Source: an uncultured Bacteriovoracaceae bacterium (lineage in GTDB: Bacteria > Bdellovibrionota > UBA2428). From it: a stretch of 64,000 nucleotides of DNA. Below the pieces are notes generated by a model. It did not search any database. It was not told where the DNA came from and saw only the letters and a list, made by a program, of their open reading frames with translations. Below, one piece after another: positions 18,233 through 28,512 of the stretch. The DNA lies in NCBI GenBank assembly GCA_937952285.1, contig CALFZE010000130.1, forward strand, positions 18,282 through 82,281, in the 5' to 3' direction. A program made the position numbers and the translations under genes. Each line of letters begins with the position of its first letter. Positions within the stretch are counted from its first letter, which is position 1.

Positions 18233-18327
18233 TCCCGCTAAGCCTCCGAAAGGACGGAGGATCCGTCCTTCAAAAATACTACACGCCGAGCTAACCCAAA
18301 CTTCACCGGAGCGGGTCTTATCGGCAT

Positions 18328-19386
18328 ATGGAACGTTTTCAACGTCGCCTCCGCCGCTCCCCTTCAATTCTCCTCTTGAGCTTCGTCGCCGGCCTCTCGG
18401 CCTGCGGCAAAGCGACCACGGGCGCCGAGCCCGAGGGCGTCGTCGATAACACGACCCCCCTCGGCACGACGCCCCTTCCCTCGAGTGCCCTCTCCCTCGA
18501 CGTCATCGCCGCGAGCGGGGCGGAATGTCCGGCGGGCGGTTCGGTCCTCGTGCGTTTCGTCGACGCGAACGGCAACGCGACGCTCGACGCGAACGAGAAC
18601 GTCGTCTCGCGTCTGCCGATCTGCAACGGCGCGCGCGGCACGGACGGCGGCGAGGGCATCGCCTCGGGGCTGCTCTTCGAGAACGCGACGAGCGCGAGCT
18701 GCGCTTACGGCGGCTCGAAGCTGACCGCCTTCGCGGACCGCAACGGCAACGGCCAACGGGAGATCGGCGAGGAAATCCGCTCCGAGACGACGATCTGCAA
18801 CGGCCGCGACGGCGCGGACGGTCGCGACGGCGAAGCGGCGAGCTTGAGCGTGGCGCCCGCGAGCGCGGCCCAGTGCCCGGGCGGCGGCGCCGTGTACACG
18901 AGCGTCTCCGCGTCGAGCTCGGCGCAGACGACCGTGGTTTGCAACGGCCAAGACGGTCGCGACGGCCGAAACGGACAGGATGGATCAAACGGGCAAGACG
19001 GAACGAACGGCCGCGACGGATCGAATGGCCGTGACGGCGTGGATGGCCGCGACGCGACCTACGCCATGGGCGCCGTCGGCTCGATCGTGAAGGGACGCGA
19101 CTACTCCGCCTGCCACCACGACTACCTCTACCTGCCGAATCGCGAGGAAGGCGCGCGCGGGTGGCTGCTCTTCCGTCACCAGGCCAACGGCGCGAACGAC
19201 CAGGGCGTCGGTCCGACCGGCTTCCAGGTGTGGAACGTCGACATCGGCGACTTCGCCCTCGTGTCCGAGGTCGGCGGCGTGACCTACTGCCGACTGCGCT
19301 GGCACGCCGAGAAACGGCTCCTCGAGTACGAAGTCGTCGACCGGAGCAACGGGCTAGCGGGCGAGACGGGCCAGATCTCCTTCTGA
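18328..19386 (+). CDS. Lipoprotein with three Cys-bounded modules and collagen-like Gly-X-Y repeats
   Basis: Lipobox LSAC. Three modules run C(P/A)xGG...CNG, each followed by a G-x-x run (CNGQDGRDGRNGQDGSNGQDGTNGRDGSNGRDGVDGRD). Confidence 0.7.
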   Translation: MERFQRRLRRSPSILLLSFVAGLSACGKATTGAEPEGVVDNTTPLGTTPLPSSALSLDVIAASGAECPAGGSVLVRFVDANGNATLDANENVVSRLPICNGARGTDGGEGIASGLLFENATSASCAYGGSKLTAFADRNGNGQREIGEEIRSETTICNGRDGADGRDGEAASLSVAPASAAQCPGGGAVYTSVSASSSAQTTVVCNGQDGRDGRNGQDGSNGQDGTNGRDGSNGRDGVDGRDATYAMGAVGSIVKGRDYSACHHDYLYLPNREEGARGWLLFRHQANGANDQGVGPTGFQVWNVDIGDFALVSEVGGVTYCRLRWHAEKRLLEYEVVDRSNGLAGETGQISF

Positions 19387-19400
19387 GCAAGCGCTCCCCA

Positions 19401-19450
19401 AAAAGCGAAACCCCCGAGCACCGCGAGGCGCTCGGGGGTTTCGCTTTCGC
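19401..19450. terminator. Bidirectional intrinsic-terminator-like hairpin between convergent genes
   Basis: GAAACCCCCGAGC (19407-19419), a 10-nt loop, then GCTCGGGGGTTTC (19430-19442): a 13-bp perfect stem with AAAAA before it and TTTC after it. Confidence 0.55.
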
Positions 19451-19467
19451 TCGGAAGCGTGAAGAAG

Positions 19468-21306
19468 CTACTGGAGGTCGTCGACGACCGTCGCGGAAGG
19501 TTGCAGCAGTTCGGCCGGGTAGACTTCGGGTTCCGCCGCGGCGGCGACCTTACGGCCGGCCGAGCTCGTCTTGACGGCGCCCGTATTCACGCCGAGCATC
19601 TCGTCGCCGACGCTCAGCCCGACCGGGATCGCCCGGCCCGTGTAGAGACCGTAGGCGTCGAGGTAGGCCAGGTACTCGTTGATGAGCGTCTGATGCTTGG
19701 AGCTCGCGACGACGGGCGCGTCGATGCGCACCGACTTCTGGAACATCCCGTAGGCCGGGCTTCCCCACTTCTTGATCTCTTCGTCAGCCGCCGCGAGGCC
19801 CGCCGGCGTTTGCGGCGCCATCGCGCGGAAGGTCACCTCGTCGCCCGGCGCGCGGTAGACGAAGCGGCCTTGGCAGCCCGACCAGCCACACTCGAGGGGG
19901 TTGCCCTTGAAGGGGCTATATCCCGAGGGGCGTTTCTCTTCGGCCGCTTCGAGGGTGCGGATGCACTCGGCGTAGCGCGCATCGCGGTTGTCGTTCGGGC
20001 ACAGGAAGTCGAGCACGCGAATCTTGTAAGCGCGAAAGTCGTTGTTGGGCACCCACTCGGCGCGTCCGCCCCCGGTGGCGACGGGCTTCCAAAGCGGCTC
20101 CGGCGAGGTCCAGCTCATGGCCAAGTGGCCCATGCCCCGGTAGCAACGGGTCATGTCGGGATCCGTCTGCACCTTCACGTTCACGATGTAAGTCTCGACG
20201 CGACGGCGCTCCCAGGGGAAGCGAGGCTCGATGACGCGACGCTGTTCGCGCGGCTCCATCTTGAAACCCGGCGCGAAGTCGCAGAAGGCTTTGAAGAAGC
20301 CCAAGCCGCCGCCCCGGTACTGGGGTTTGCGCTTGGTCGGGTCCGGGTTCAGGTCGAGCGGGTCCTTCTCGGGCGAGGGACCGTAGTTCCCCCAAACCCC
20401 GGAGTACGGAAAGTTATTCGGCTTCATGCGCAAGCAGCCGCGCGAGCAGTCGTAGGTGTCGCCCTGCGAGAAAGCCGTCGTGGACGGCGCCCAGGGATAA
20501 GAGGCGAAGGGCTTGGCTTGGCCCTCGGCGAGCGGCGGGTTCGGATAGCCGTAGCCGGTCATGTAGAAGCGGCCGTCGGCGTGCAGTCGCTCGAAGTCGG
20601 TGAAGCTGAGCGAGCCGAGGACGGGGATGCCCCACGCCCGCGACAGCAGCGGCGCCAAGGTGAAGCCGGAGTTGCAGCCCCAGAGGGCGGCGAAGGCGTT
20701 CGGGCTGAAACGCGGAGCGAGCGCCGCGATGCCGGGATGGAGGGCGCGCACGTCCGGATTGCCCGTGGCGTACATGTTCGCGATCGGCTGCGCGAGCGGA
20801 AAGCGGAAGTTCCAGTCCTTCGTTCCCATCGCCGCGCCCGAGGGCCAGCTCGCGTGCGAAAAGACCTCGAAGCCTTCGATCGAGCCGAACTGCGAAGCGA
20901 TCGCGGCCATCTCGGCGGATCCGAGGGTTCCACGGGGCTGCGACACGACGTGCAGACGCGCGCCCTTGATCCACGCGGTCTCGCGGTCGCCGGCCTTGAC
21001 GCCCTTCGCGATGAGCGGCTTGCGCAGGACTTCGTCGATGTTCTCGATGGGCTCCATCGGCACGTAGGCCAGGACCTGACGCTCGGGGAACTGCGACGAG
21101 AGCACGCTCAGGCGCGTCGCGACGGCGTCGAAGAGCGCCTTGCCCAATTCGTTGGGCGCGCCCATGAAAAGAAGGTGCGCGGGGAGCCGCGAGTTCACCG
21201 GGCGATCCGGCGTGGCCGAAAGCACGTAGTAATCCGCCCGCGACGCCGACGTGACCGAGACCAAGGCGCAGCCGAGCAACGCGCGCGTGAAGAATTTTTT
21301 CTGCAT
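19468..21306 (-). CDS. Secreted hypothetical protein (612 aa)
   Basis: Long ORF with a signal peptide (MQKKFFTRALLGCALVSVTSASRA) and globular composition. No family recognised. Confidence 0.65.
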   Translation of the reverse strand: MQKKFFTRALLGCALVSVTSASRADYYVLSATPDRPVNSRLPAHLLFMGAPNELGKALFDAVATRLSVLSSQFPERQVLAYVPMEPIENIDEVLRKPLIAKGVKAGDRETAWIKGARLHVVSQPRGTLGSAEMAAIASQFGSIEGFEVFSHASWPSGAAMGTKDWNFRFPLAQPIANMYATGNPDVRALHPGIAALAPRFSPNAFAALWGCNSGFTLAPLLSRAWGIPVLGSLSFTDFERLHADGRFYMTGYGYPNPPLAEGQAKPFASYPWAPSTTAFSQGDTYDCSRGCLRMKPNNFPYSGVWGNYGPSPEKDPLDLNPDPTKRKPQYRGGGLGFFKAFCDFAPGFKMEPREQRRVIEPRFPWERRRVETYIVNVKVQTDPDMTRCYRGMGHLAMSWTSPEPLWKPVATGGGRAEWVPNNDFRAYKIRVLDFLCPNDNRDARYAECIRTLEAAEEKRPSGYSPFKGNPLECGWSGCQGRFVYRAPGDEVTFRAMAPQTPAGLAAADEEIKKWGSPAYGMFQKSVRIDAPVVASSKHQTLINEYLAYLDAYGLYTGRAIPVGLSVGDEMLGVNTGAVKTSSAGRKVAAAAEPEVYPAELLQPSATVVDDLQ

Positions 21307-21406
21307 AGCGATTCCTCCCCGCGAATCAGTCTAAAGTGATTGCGTCGAGAGGGCAGCCGCAAAGCTTTGACGCCCGATTCGAGGGCGAAACACCGATAAT
21401 GCCCTC

Positions 21407-21808
21407 ATGTCCCCAACCCCAACGCTACGCACGCTCGAAGGGATGCGCCTGCTCATCGTCGACGACGAGGGCGCGCTCCGCGAGATTCTCGCGGAAGAAT
21501 TTGAAAGCCACGGCGCGATCGTGACGAGCGCGGGCGATGGACGCGCCGCGCTCGAGCTTTGGCGGCCGGACCGCTTCGACGCCGTCCTCTCCGACATGCG
21601 CATGCCCGAGATCGACGGCTTAACGCTCGTGCGACGCGCACGCGCCGCCGGCGACCTCCGCACGCCCGTGCTGCTTTGCTCAGGCTACAACGATATCGAC
21701 GACGAGGAACGGCGCAAACTCGGCATCGTCGAAGTCTTCGCGAAGCCCTTCAAGGTCTCCGAGCTGCTAGCGCGCGTCGCCCAACTTCGGGCCCCGAAGC
21801 GAGACTGA
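21407..21808 (+). CDS. Single-domain response regulator (CheY-like receiver)
   Basis: LIVDDE acidic pocket, DAVLSDMRMP with the phospho-acceptor Asp, and a conserved Lys (FAKPF). Confidence 0.85.
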   Translation: MSPTPTLRTLEGMRLLIVDDEGALREILAEEFESHGAIVTSAGDGRAALELWRPDRFDAVLSDMRMPEIDGLTLVRRARAAGDLRTPVLLCSGYNDIDDEERRKLGIVEVFAKPFKVSELLARVAQLRAPKRD

Positions 21809-21870
21809 GTCCAGGCCGCCCCGCGAGCGGCCTTGCTTCGGCCGCCGCTTGGGCTATCTCGAAGCCCCGC

Positions 21871-23541
21871 ATGTCGCTTCCTTCGCTGGCCCTCGTCTTT
21901 CTCGTCTTGATCGCCCTCGCCTACCGCTTCTACGGCGGCTGGGTCGCCCGTCAGTTGGCCGTCGACCCGAGTCGCGTGACGCCGGCCCACCGGCAGTCGG
22001 ACGGCGTCGATTTCGTGCCGACGCCGCCCTTTTACCTTTTCGCCCAGCATTTCTCGGCGATCGCCGCGGCGGGGCCGATCGCGGGGCCCATCCTCGCGGC
22101 GCAAAGCTTCGGCTGGTTACCGGCGCTCCTCTGGATCGGACTCGGCGTCGTGCTCATCGGCGCCGTGCACGACTTCGCGAGCCTCACCGCCTCGGTGCGG
22201 CACGAGGCGGGATCGATCGCCGACATCGCCGGTCGCCAGCTCGGACGCGGCGCGGGGCTCGCCGTGATGGCCTTCATCTCGATCGCGCTCGTGTACATCA
22301 TCGTCGCCTTCGCCGACATCACCGCGGCGAGTTTCGTCGCGGCGCCCGAGGAGCTCGCGGGCCGCGCGCTCGATTTCCATCCCGGCGGGGCCGTGGCCGC
22401 GGCGAGCGTCTTCTTCCTGGGGATCTCGCTGCTCATGGGCGTCGTGCAACGCTACTTGAATCCGCCGCTCTGGCTGCTGACGCTTCTCTTCGTCCCGGCC
22501 ACGCTCGGCGCCGTCTGGGCGGCGACCTACGCGTCGCACTGGTTCACTTTCGACGCCAAGACTTGGGCGCTCCTCATCATGGGCTACTGCGGCCTCGCCT
22601 CGGTCGCCCCGGTTTGGCTCCTGCTGCAACCGCGCGGGTATCTGGGGGGCTTCGTCCTCTACGGGGCGCTGGGGCTCGGCGTCATCGGGATCTTCTTCGG
22701 CGGCTACGAGATCGCGCAGCCCGCCTTCCGCGGGTGGCATAGCGGCGGCGCGACCGGATCGCTGCTGCCCTTCCTCTTCGTCACGATCGCCTGCGGCGCC
22801 TGCTCGGGCTTCCACGGGCTCGTCTGCTCGGGCACGACTTCCAAGCAGATCGACCGCGAGTCGCACCTCCACCCCATCGGGTACGGCGCCATGCTGGCCG
22901 AGGCCTTCGTCGCTTTCGTCGCGCTCGCCATCGTCATGATCGCGAGTGACGCGCAACTCGCGGGCCTCAAACCGGGCACCATCTACGGCAACGGCATCGG
23001 CGAGTTCCTGACCCTGCTCATCGGGCGGGAGAACCTGGGCTTCGCGATCACCTTCGGCGCGATGGCCTTCTCGACCTTCGTCTTCGACACGCTCGACGTC
23101 AGTACGCGGCTGGGCCGCTACCTTTTGCAGGAATTGAGCGGGCGCAAAGGCTTTGCGGCGTCCGCCGCCGCGACCCTCGTCATGATCGGCGTGCCCGCGC
23201 TCATCCTTTGGCACGGCGACGAGGGCGGCTGGCTGCGTTTTTGGACCCTCTTCGGCGCCTCCAACCAACTGCTCGCCGCGCTCACCCTGCTCACCATCAC
23301 GCTTTGGCTCTACCGCGCGCGGCGCCGCATCGCCTTCACGCTCCTGCCCATGCTCTTCGTGCTCGTCGTCACCTTCTGGGCGCTCGCGGAACTCGTCGTG
23401 GCGAATTTCAAAGCCTCGAAAGGCTTCGACATCGCCTTCTTCAACGCGGCGGCCTCGCTCGCCCTGCTCGGCCTCGCGATCTACGTCGTGCTGGCCGCGC
23501 TCAAACAGGTCCGGCGAGAACGCCGAACGACGAGCCTTTGA
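21871..23541 (+). CDS. cstA: Carbon starvation protein A (CstA family peptide/pyruvate transporter)
   Basis: 556-aa polytopic membrane protein starting MSLPSLALVFLVLIALAYRFYGGWVARQL. The 5' part of the 660-aa track ORF is a spurious extension that overlaps the receiver gene. Confidence 0.85.
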   Translation: MSLPSLALVFLVLIALAYRFYGGWVARQLAVDPSRVTPAHRQSDGVDFVPTPPFYLFAQHFSAIAAAGPIAGPILAAQSFGWLPALLWIGLGVVLIGAVHDFASLTASVRHEAGSIADIAGRQLGRGAGLAVMAFISIALVYIIVAFADITAASFVAAPEELAGRALDFHPGGAVAAASVFFLGISLLMGVVQRYLNPPLWLLTLLFVPATLGAVWAATYASHWFTFDAKTWALLIMGYCGLASVAPVWLLLQPRGYLGGFVLYGALGLGVIGIFFGGYEIAQPAFRGWHSGGATGSLLPFLFVTIACGACSGFHGLVCSGTTSKQIDRESHLHPIGYGAMLAEAFVAFVALAIVMIASDAQLAGLKPGTIYGNGIGEFLTLLIGRENLGFAITFGAMAFSTFVFDTLDVSTRLGRYLLQELSGRKGFAASAAATLVMIGVPALILWHGDEGGWLRFWTLFGASNQLLAALTLLTITLWLYRARRRIAFTLLPMLFVLVVTFWALAELVVANFKASKGFDIAFFNAAASLALLGLAIYVVLAALKQVRRERRTTSL

Positions 23542-23609
23542 CGGGACGGCTTCGAAGCGAGACTCCGTCTCGGCGACTTCTGCCTTAGAATGAGGGCGGG
23601 AGGAACACG

Positions 23610-25019
23610 ATGAGACGTTTTGCACTTTGGCCCCTGGGACTCGGGCTCATCGGGGCGTGTACGCACGGATCGGACCGGATCGCCTCGCACGAGACGAAGC
23701 CGGTCGTCGCGCGACGGGTCGCCTTCACCTCGAAGAACGCGACCGAGGCCGTCATGCGCTTCTCCCACGTCGTCACGCTGGCCCAGGCCACCGAGCCGAC
23801 CGCCGAAGAGGCCCGCGAGCAAGTCGAAGAGCAGATCGCGCATCTCTTCGGTCCCATGGAACGCGCCGAGTACATGGCCGCCCCCAAGGAGGACCACCGC
23901 CTCGCCAACATCCGCGTCGTGGCCCGGGCCGGCGCGACCGATCTCTACGATATCACCTACGACTACGAGGGCACGATCGTCCTTCAGAACGGCCCCACGG
24001 AAAGCTACGAGATCCTCCTGCCCAACGATCCCGACGCGATCTACGGACAGGCGATGGTCGGGGACCGCAATCCCTGCACGGACGACGAATACCAAGGCGA
24101 AGGCGACTTTTGGTACTTCTGGAGCCCCGCGCCCATCCGCAAGGAGTGTCGCCTCAAGGAAGGCGAGCACTACCGTCGCATCCCGGCGAGCATCGCGCGC
24201 ATCCCGAAGGGAAGCCACGCGACCTACCCGGAGTACGATCGCCTCGCCGATCTCAAGGGGGAAATCCAGGTCGCCCTCTTTTACGGGATGGACCATCCCT
24301 CGGACAGCGCGCGCAACCCGCGTCGTTCCGAGGACCTGAACGCGGAAAACTTTCTGGAGACCAAACGGCTCCTGCGCAAGATGGGCTTCAAGCTTCGCCG
24401 CTGGACCAACACCGAGATCCGCAAAGTCGTGAAGGTCCGCGACGAGTCGCGCCTACCCTACATCGAAGAAGCCACGCTCGAGTACCCGCGTAAGCGTCTC
24501 AAGCTCCGCATCCGTCTTTTCTTCGGCGAGACGGGCATCGACGAGGCGAGCCGTCCCTTTCACTACTTCTTCCGGGACGCGCTCCGCAACGCGAGCGTCA
24601 TGATCTACGACGGCCACAGCGGCCTCGGCGGGCACCTGGACCTCGGATCGATCGCCGAGGCGAACGATTTCCGCATCACGCCGAACAAGCAGCGCTACCA
24701 GATCTACTTCTTCAACAGCTGCACGTCGTACACCTACTACAACACGAAGTACTTCCAACGGAAGCGTCGCGAGGGCGGCAACTTCGACCCCAAGGGCACG
24801 AAGAACCTCGACGTGCTCGCGAACGGCCTCTCGACCGCCTTCGAAGGCATGCCCGCTATCAACCTCGCGCTCGTCCGCTCCGTTATCGACTGGCTCGAAC
24901 GCGACGAATGGACCTCGTACCAGCGGCTGGCCGACTTCATGGAGGCCGATAACCTCTTCACGGTGAACGGCGACGAGGACAACCCCCGCGAGCCGCGGCG
25001 CGGAGCGATCCGGCCCTAG
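23610..25019 (+). CDS. Lipoprotein of unknown function with a putative His/Cys dyad (possible clan-CD-like peptidase fold)
   Basis: Lipobox LIGAC. VMIYDGHSGLGG and QIYFFNSCTSY resemble the beta-strand-His and beta-strand-Cys arrangement of caspase/gingipain-like enzymes. This is inference only. Confidence 0.6.
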   Translation: MRRFALWPLGLGLIGACTHGSDRIASHETKPVVARRVAFTSKNATEAVMRFSHVVTLAQATEPTAEEAREQVEEQIAHLFGPMERAEYMAAPKEDHRLANIRVVARAGATDLYDITYDYEGTIVLQNGPTESYEILLPNDPDAIYGQAMVGDRNPCTDDEYQGEGDFWYFWSPAPIRKECRLKEGEHYRRIPASIARIPKGSHATYPEYDRLADLKGEIQVALFYGMDHPSDSARNPRRSEDLNAENFLETKRLLRKMGFKLRRWTNTEIRKVVKVRDESRLPYIEEATLEYPRKRLKLRIRLFFGETGIDEASRPFHYFFRDALRNASVMIYDGHSGLGGHLDLGSIAEANDFRITPNKQRYQIYFFNSCTSYTYYNTKYFQRKRREGGNFDPKGTKNLDVLANGLSTAFEGMPAINLALVRSVIDWLERDEWTSYQRLADFMEADNLFTVNGDEDNPREPRRGAIRP

Positions 25020-25022
25020 CCG

Positions 25023-25748
25023 CTAGTGCGCGAGATCCCCGTGCTCCAGGTAGAGACTCGACTCGACCCGTAGCCGGAGGCGCTTGGCATCGAGCGCGCT
25101 CTCGAAGTCCGCGAGCGCGGCCGCCGCGAGGGGACGCGTCGCGGGCGCGCCCTTGAGCTTCAGCTCGAGCGTCTTCGCCCCGCCCCGCTCGACGGGCGCC
25201 GCGCTCCGCACGCGCAGAACCTGGTCGAAGTCCGGCTTCGCCTCGATCAAATGGGCCAGGTACTGATCCCGCCCTTCGCCGAAGAGAAGGTAGCTCGCCT
25301 CGCGGCTTCGCGTCGCCTTCGGATCGAAACGGCGAAAATGCAGGACTTCCTTCAGAGTCACCCGCACGTCCCCGGCGATGAGCTCCCCGCCGCGCTCGAA
25401 GTGGCCGCGATAAAGCTGGGCGCGAAAGGGACGCGGGGACCGGACGAGTTCCGGCAGCACGAAAGTCTCGGGAACGAGCGTGTAGACCGTTTCTTGCGAA
25501 GCGATTCGGCTCCGGCGGTAGGCGGATTGGGCCGCGCGGTCGAGCTCAGCCTCCAGGATGACTTGGTAGTCGTGCGGGGAGTGGAACATCGGCAGGTGCG
25601 AGAGGAACACGCGCTCCTCGCCGAAGAGCAGCATTCCGTGCACCGACGGCAGATCGGCGGGGACGGACGTGGGGCCGGGGAACTGCGGACGGCCCCAGGC
25701 CGACCCGGTCGAGAGAAAGGACAAAATGATCGTGAGCGCGGCTTTCAT
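25023..25748 (-). CDS. Secreted hypothetical protein (241 aa)
   Basis: Signal peptide MKAALTIILSFLSTGSAWG; no recognisable domain. Confidence 0.55.
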   Translation of the reverse strand: MKAALTIILSFLSTGSAWGRPQFPGPTSVPADLPSVHGMLLFGEERVFLSHLPMFHSPHDYQVILEAELDRAAQSAYRRSRIASQETVYTLVPETFVLPELVRSPRPFRAQLYRGHFERGGELIAGDVRVTLKEVLHFRRFDPKATRSREASYLLFGEGRDQYLAHLIEAKPDFDQVLRVRSAAPVERGGAKTLELKLKGAPATRPLAAAALADFESALDAKRLRLRVESSLYLEHGDLAH

Positions 25749-25810
25749 GGCGATCTCCTTCGCCCCGCGAAAGTAGCGTCCGATCCTCTATCCGTAAAAT
25801 TGATTATTTT

Positions 25811-25843
25811 AAGGTCAGAATTAGAGTAACTAATTCTGACCTT
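25811..25843. promoter_or_regulatory. AT-rich perfect 14-bp inverted repeat (AAGGTCAGAATTAG-agtaa-CTAATTCTGACCTT) between the MCP stop and the next gene's start
   Basis: Read directly from the sequence. It is flanked by a T-run and a G-run, so it could be the MCP terminator and/or an operator. Confidence 0.5.
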
Positions 25844-25851
25844 GGGGCGCC

Positions 25852-27519
25852 TCAGGCCGCCCGGCGGGTCGCGGTCGAAGCGCCGCGCGGGGCCGGCAAC
25901 GCGTGAACGCTCGCTCCCTTGCCGGCAAACTTGGCCGTCTCGCCGCTTCCGGCGCCCTCGATGGCCAGCTTGAGCTCCAGGACGGCGTCCTTGAGCGAGC
26001 GGGCCTGCGCCGAAAGCTCCTCGGCCGCGCGGGCCGTTTCTTCGCTCGTGCCGGCGTTCTGCTGCGTGACGGTGTCGAGCTGCCCCATGGCCTTGTTGAT
26101 CTCGGCCACCCCCTGCGACTGCTCCTTGCTGGCGCTCGAGATGTCCTCGGCGAGCCCGGAGACGCGCGAGACGTTCTGTACGATCTCGTTCAGCACTTCC
26201 GCGCACTGGCGGGCGACGTCGACGCCCGAGCTGACCTTCTGCTTGCCTTGCTCGACGAGCATCTCGACCTTGACCTTCGTATCGTTCACGATGCCTTCGA
26301 CCTTCGAGATGCTGCCGGCGAGCATCTCCGAGATGTCCTTGGCGGCGTTGCCGCTCATCTCGGCCAGGTTGCCGACTTCCTCGGCGACGACGGCGAAGCC
26401 TTTGCCGTGCTCGCCGGCGCGGGCGGCCTCGACCGAGGCATTGAAGGAGAGGAGTTTCGTTTGGAAGACGATCTCGTTGATGACCTTCGTCTTGTTGCCG
26501 ATCTCCTGGATGACCTTCACGATCTCGGCCATCTGGCGGTTGCTCGTTTCGATCTGCTCCATGATGGCCGCGTTGCTCTGGCTGATTTCCTCCATCGAGG
26601 TCATCATCTGGTTCACGGCCTGCTGGCCCTGCTCGGCCTTCTCGTGCGACTCCTTGGAGCTCGAAGCCGTCGTCGTCGCGCTGTCGGCGGCCTTCGTGAT
26701 CATGGCGCCGATCTCCTCGAGCGACGCCGCGGTTTCTTCGAGCGAAGCAGCCTGTTCGGTGGTCGCCTGCGAGAGGGATTGGGACGACGAAGCGATTTGG
26801 GTCGAAGCGACCGTCACGCGGTCCGCGTTCGCGCCCAGGGCGTCCGAGATCGCGGAGATCGTCTTGGCCATGCCGCTCGAGAAAACCCAGCCCACGCCAA
26901 GTCCCAGCACGATGCCCGCGATGACCATGATCAAGACGAGTTTGTTCGTCATGGCCGCCGCCGATCGCGCTTCGGCGACGTCACGGTTCGAGTTTTCTTG
27001 CGTGAAGACGAGGAGTTTTTTGATGGAGGCTCGGTAGTTCGCGGCGGCATCGGGGCAGTCCTTCAAGAAGATGCCCATCATCTTCTCGCGGCCTTCCGGC
27101 GTGCCTTCTCGGTAGTGGGCGAGCGCGCGCTCACCGATCGAGCGGAAGGCTTTCCAGTTTTTCGAAACTTCGTCGTAGAGAGCCTTTTCGCCTTCGGAGA
27201 AGGGAACCCCGACGTAGATCTTTTCCGCCACGTCGTAGTCCTTCATACTTTCGGTGACAGATTCGATCGCGCGTTCCGCGGCTTCCTTCGAAAGGCCCGG
27301 CAACCCGAGCGTCCGCAGATGAATGCGGACGTTACGGTAGGCCAAGAACATTTCGTTCAGATGGACGACAGTCGGAAGGGCGATATCCGAGACCTTGGAA
27401 TAGGCGCGGGCGACCCGGTTCAACCCAAAGTAGGAAGTGATCCCGACGCTCGCCCCCATCGCGCACAAAATGCCGCAAAGCATGAGGAGCTTGGTTTTGA
27501 AGCTGAAACTTTTCATCAT
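25852..27519 (-). CDS. Methyl-accepting chemotaxis protein
   Basis: 555 aa: TM, periplasmic sensor region, TM, then the MCP signalling domain with the highly conserved [16 protein letters not shown] / [10 protein letters not shown] region. The start MMKSF is preceded by AAGGAAG. Confidence 0.9.
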   Translation of the reverse strand: MMKSFSFKTKLLMLCGILCAMGASVGITSYFGLNRVARAYSKVSDIALPTVVHLNEMFLAYRNVRIHLRTLGLPGLSKEAAERAIESVTESMKDYDVAEKIYVGVPFSEGEKALYDEVSKNWKAFRSIGERALAHYREGTPEGREKMMGIFLKDCPDAAANYRASIKKLLVFTQENSNRDVAEARSAAAMTNKLVLIMVIAGIVLGLGVGWVFSSGMAKTISAISDALGANADRVTVASTQIASSSQSLSQATTEQAASLEETAASLEEIGAMITKAADSATTTASSSKESHEKAEQGQQAVNQMMTSMEEISQSNAAIMEQIETSNRQMAEIVKVIQEIGNKTKVINEIVFQTKLLSFNASVEAARAGEHGKGFAVVAEEVGNLAEMSGNAAKDISEMLAGSISKVEGIVNDTKVKVEMLVEQGKQKVSSGVDVARQCAEVLNEIVQNVSRVSGLAEDISSASKEQSQGVAEINKAMGQLDTVTQQNAGTSEETARAAEELSAQARSLKDAVLELKLAIEGAGSGETAKFAGKGASVHALPAPRGASTATRRAA

Positions 27520-27828
27520 AGAGTCTATCTTCCTTCTGTCCTTCGTTTCGACCCTTCCCCGCCGCGGCTTTAAGGCGCTCACATTCCAGGTTCCCGGATT
27601 CGATCGGGGGCCGAATACGGCGCACCTCGGAGATCGCGCTAATCCCCGGAGCTCGCAGGGTTTTTTGGGCGCGGACCGCCCCGGCATTAAGTTCTTCGAA
27701 AGGCTCGGGCGACGGCCAAGATGCCCCCCAAAAGCGGGACTTTTTGGGACCAATTCCAATTTCCTTCGCCCTAAGCCCCCAAGATTAGGGAAAGCGAGCT
27801 TTGGCAAACGCTTTGCATTCCAGCTCGT

Positions 27829-28512
27829 ATGAACGAACGTTATCGACTTCCCCCCATCGACCGAAAGGCCGCGGCCGTGCCGTCGCTCTTCTCCGAAGAG
27901 CAGTTCGACGCGCACTACTCGAAGCACCACCGGACCTACATCGACAAAACGAACAAGAGCGTCGAAGAGGGCGAGTTCTCCCATTCGAGCATGCTCGAGT
28001 ACCTCGCTTCGACCACCTCGGGCGCGACCTTTAATCAAGTCGCCCAGGCCTGGAACCACACCTTCTTCTGGTTTTCGCTGGGCCTCATGCGGTTCCCTAA
28101 GACGGCCAGCGACGCGCCCCCCGCGCCGATCAAGGCGAAGGCCGCGGAGCTTCGCGAGGAATGGATCGAGGCGGCCGCTTCGCACTTCGGCTCGGGATGG
28201 GTGTGGCTCGTCACGAACGACGAGGGCAAGCTTCGCGTCGTCACGACGCCGAACGGCGAGACGCCGCTTCCGAGCGGCGAGCGCCCGCTTCTCGTCATGG
28301 ACGTTTGGGAACACGCCTATTACCTCGATTACCAGTCGGAAAAGAAGGCCTACGCCGAAAAGTGCTGGGAGCACCTGAACTGGGAATGGGCCGAGGCGCT
28401 CAACCGCGACCCGCAACTCCTCGCGCACGTCGAGACGACGATGTGCCAGGATGCCGCCTGCCGGACTTCACCGTCACAACCAAGGAGAGAACATGAACAA
28501 GGAAACCGCTAA
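27829..28512 (+). CDS. Fe/Mn superoxide dismutase with a ~30-aa C-terminal extension
   Basis: Carries [18 protein letters not shown] and the other SOD metal ligands. Its stop lies 20 nt inside the dps ORF. Confidence 0.85.
   Translation: MNERYRLPPIDRKAAAVPSLFSEEQFDAHYSKHHRTYIDKTNKSVEEGEFSHSSMLEYLASTTSGATFNQVAQAWNHTFFWFSLGLMRFPKTASDAPPAPIKAKAAELREEWIEAAASHFGSGWVWLVTNDEGKLRVVTTPNGETPLPSGERPLLVMDVWEHAYYLDYQSEKKAYAEKCWEHLNWEWAEALNRDPQLLAHVETTMCQDAACRTSPSQPRREHEQGNR

Noticed and set aside
18245-18285. Overlapping alternative hairpins (CCTCCG…CGGAGG and GGACGG…CCGTCC) after the AstE-like gene, considered as an attenuator.
   Set aside because: The stems are short (6 bp), there is no U-run, and there is no leader peptide. 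It is probably just a weak terminator.
21559-23541. The 660-aa track ORF upstream of cstA.
   Set aside because: Its first ~100 codons overlap the response-regulator gene in a different frame. CstA begins at MSLPSLALVF (21871).
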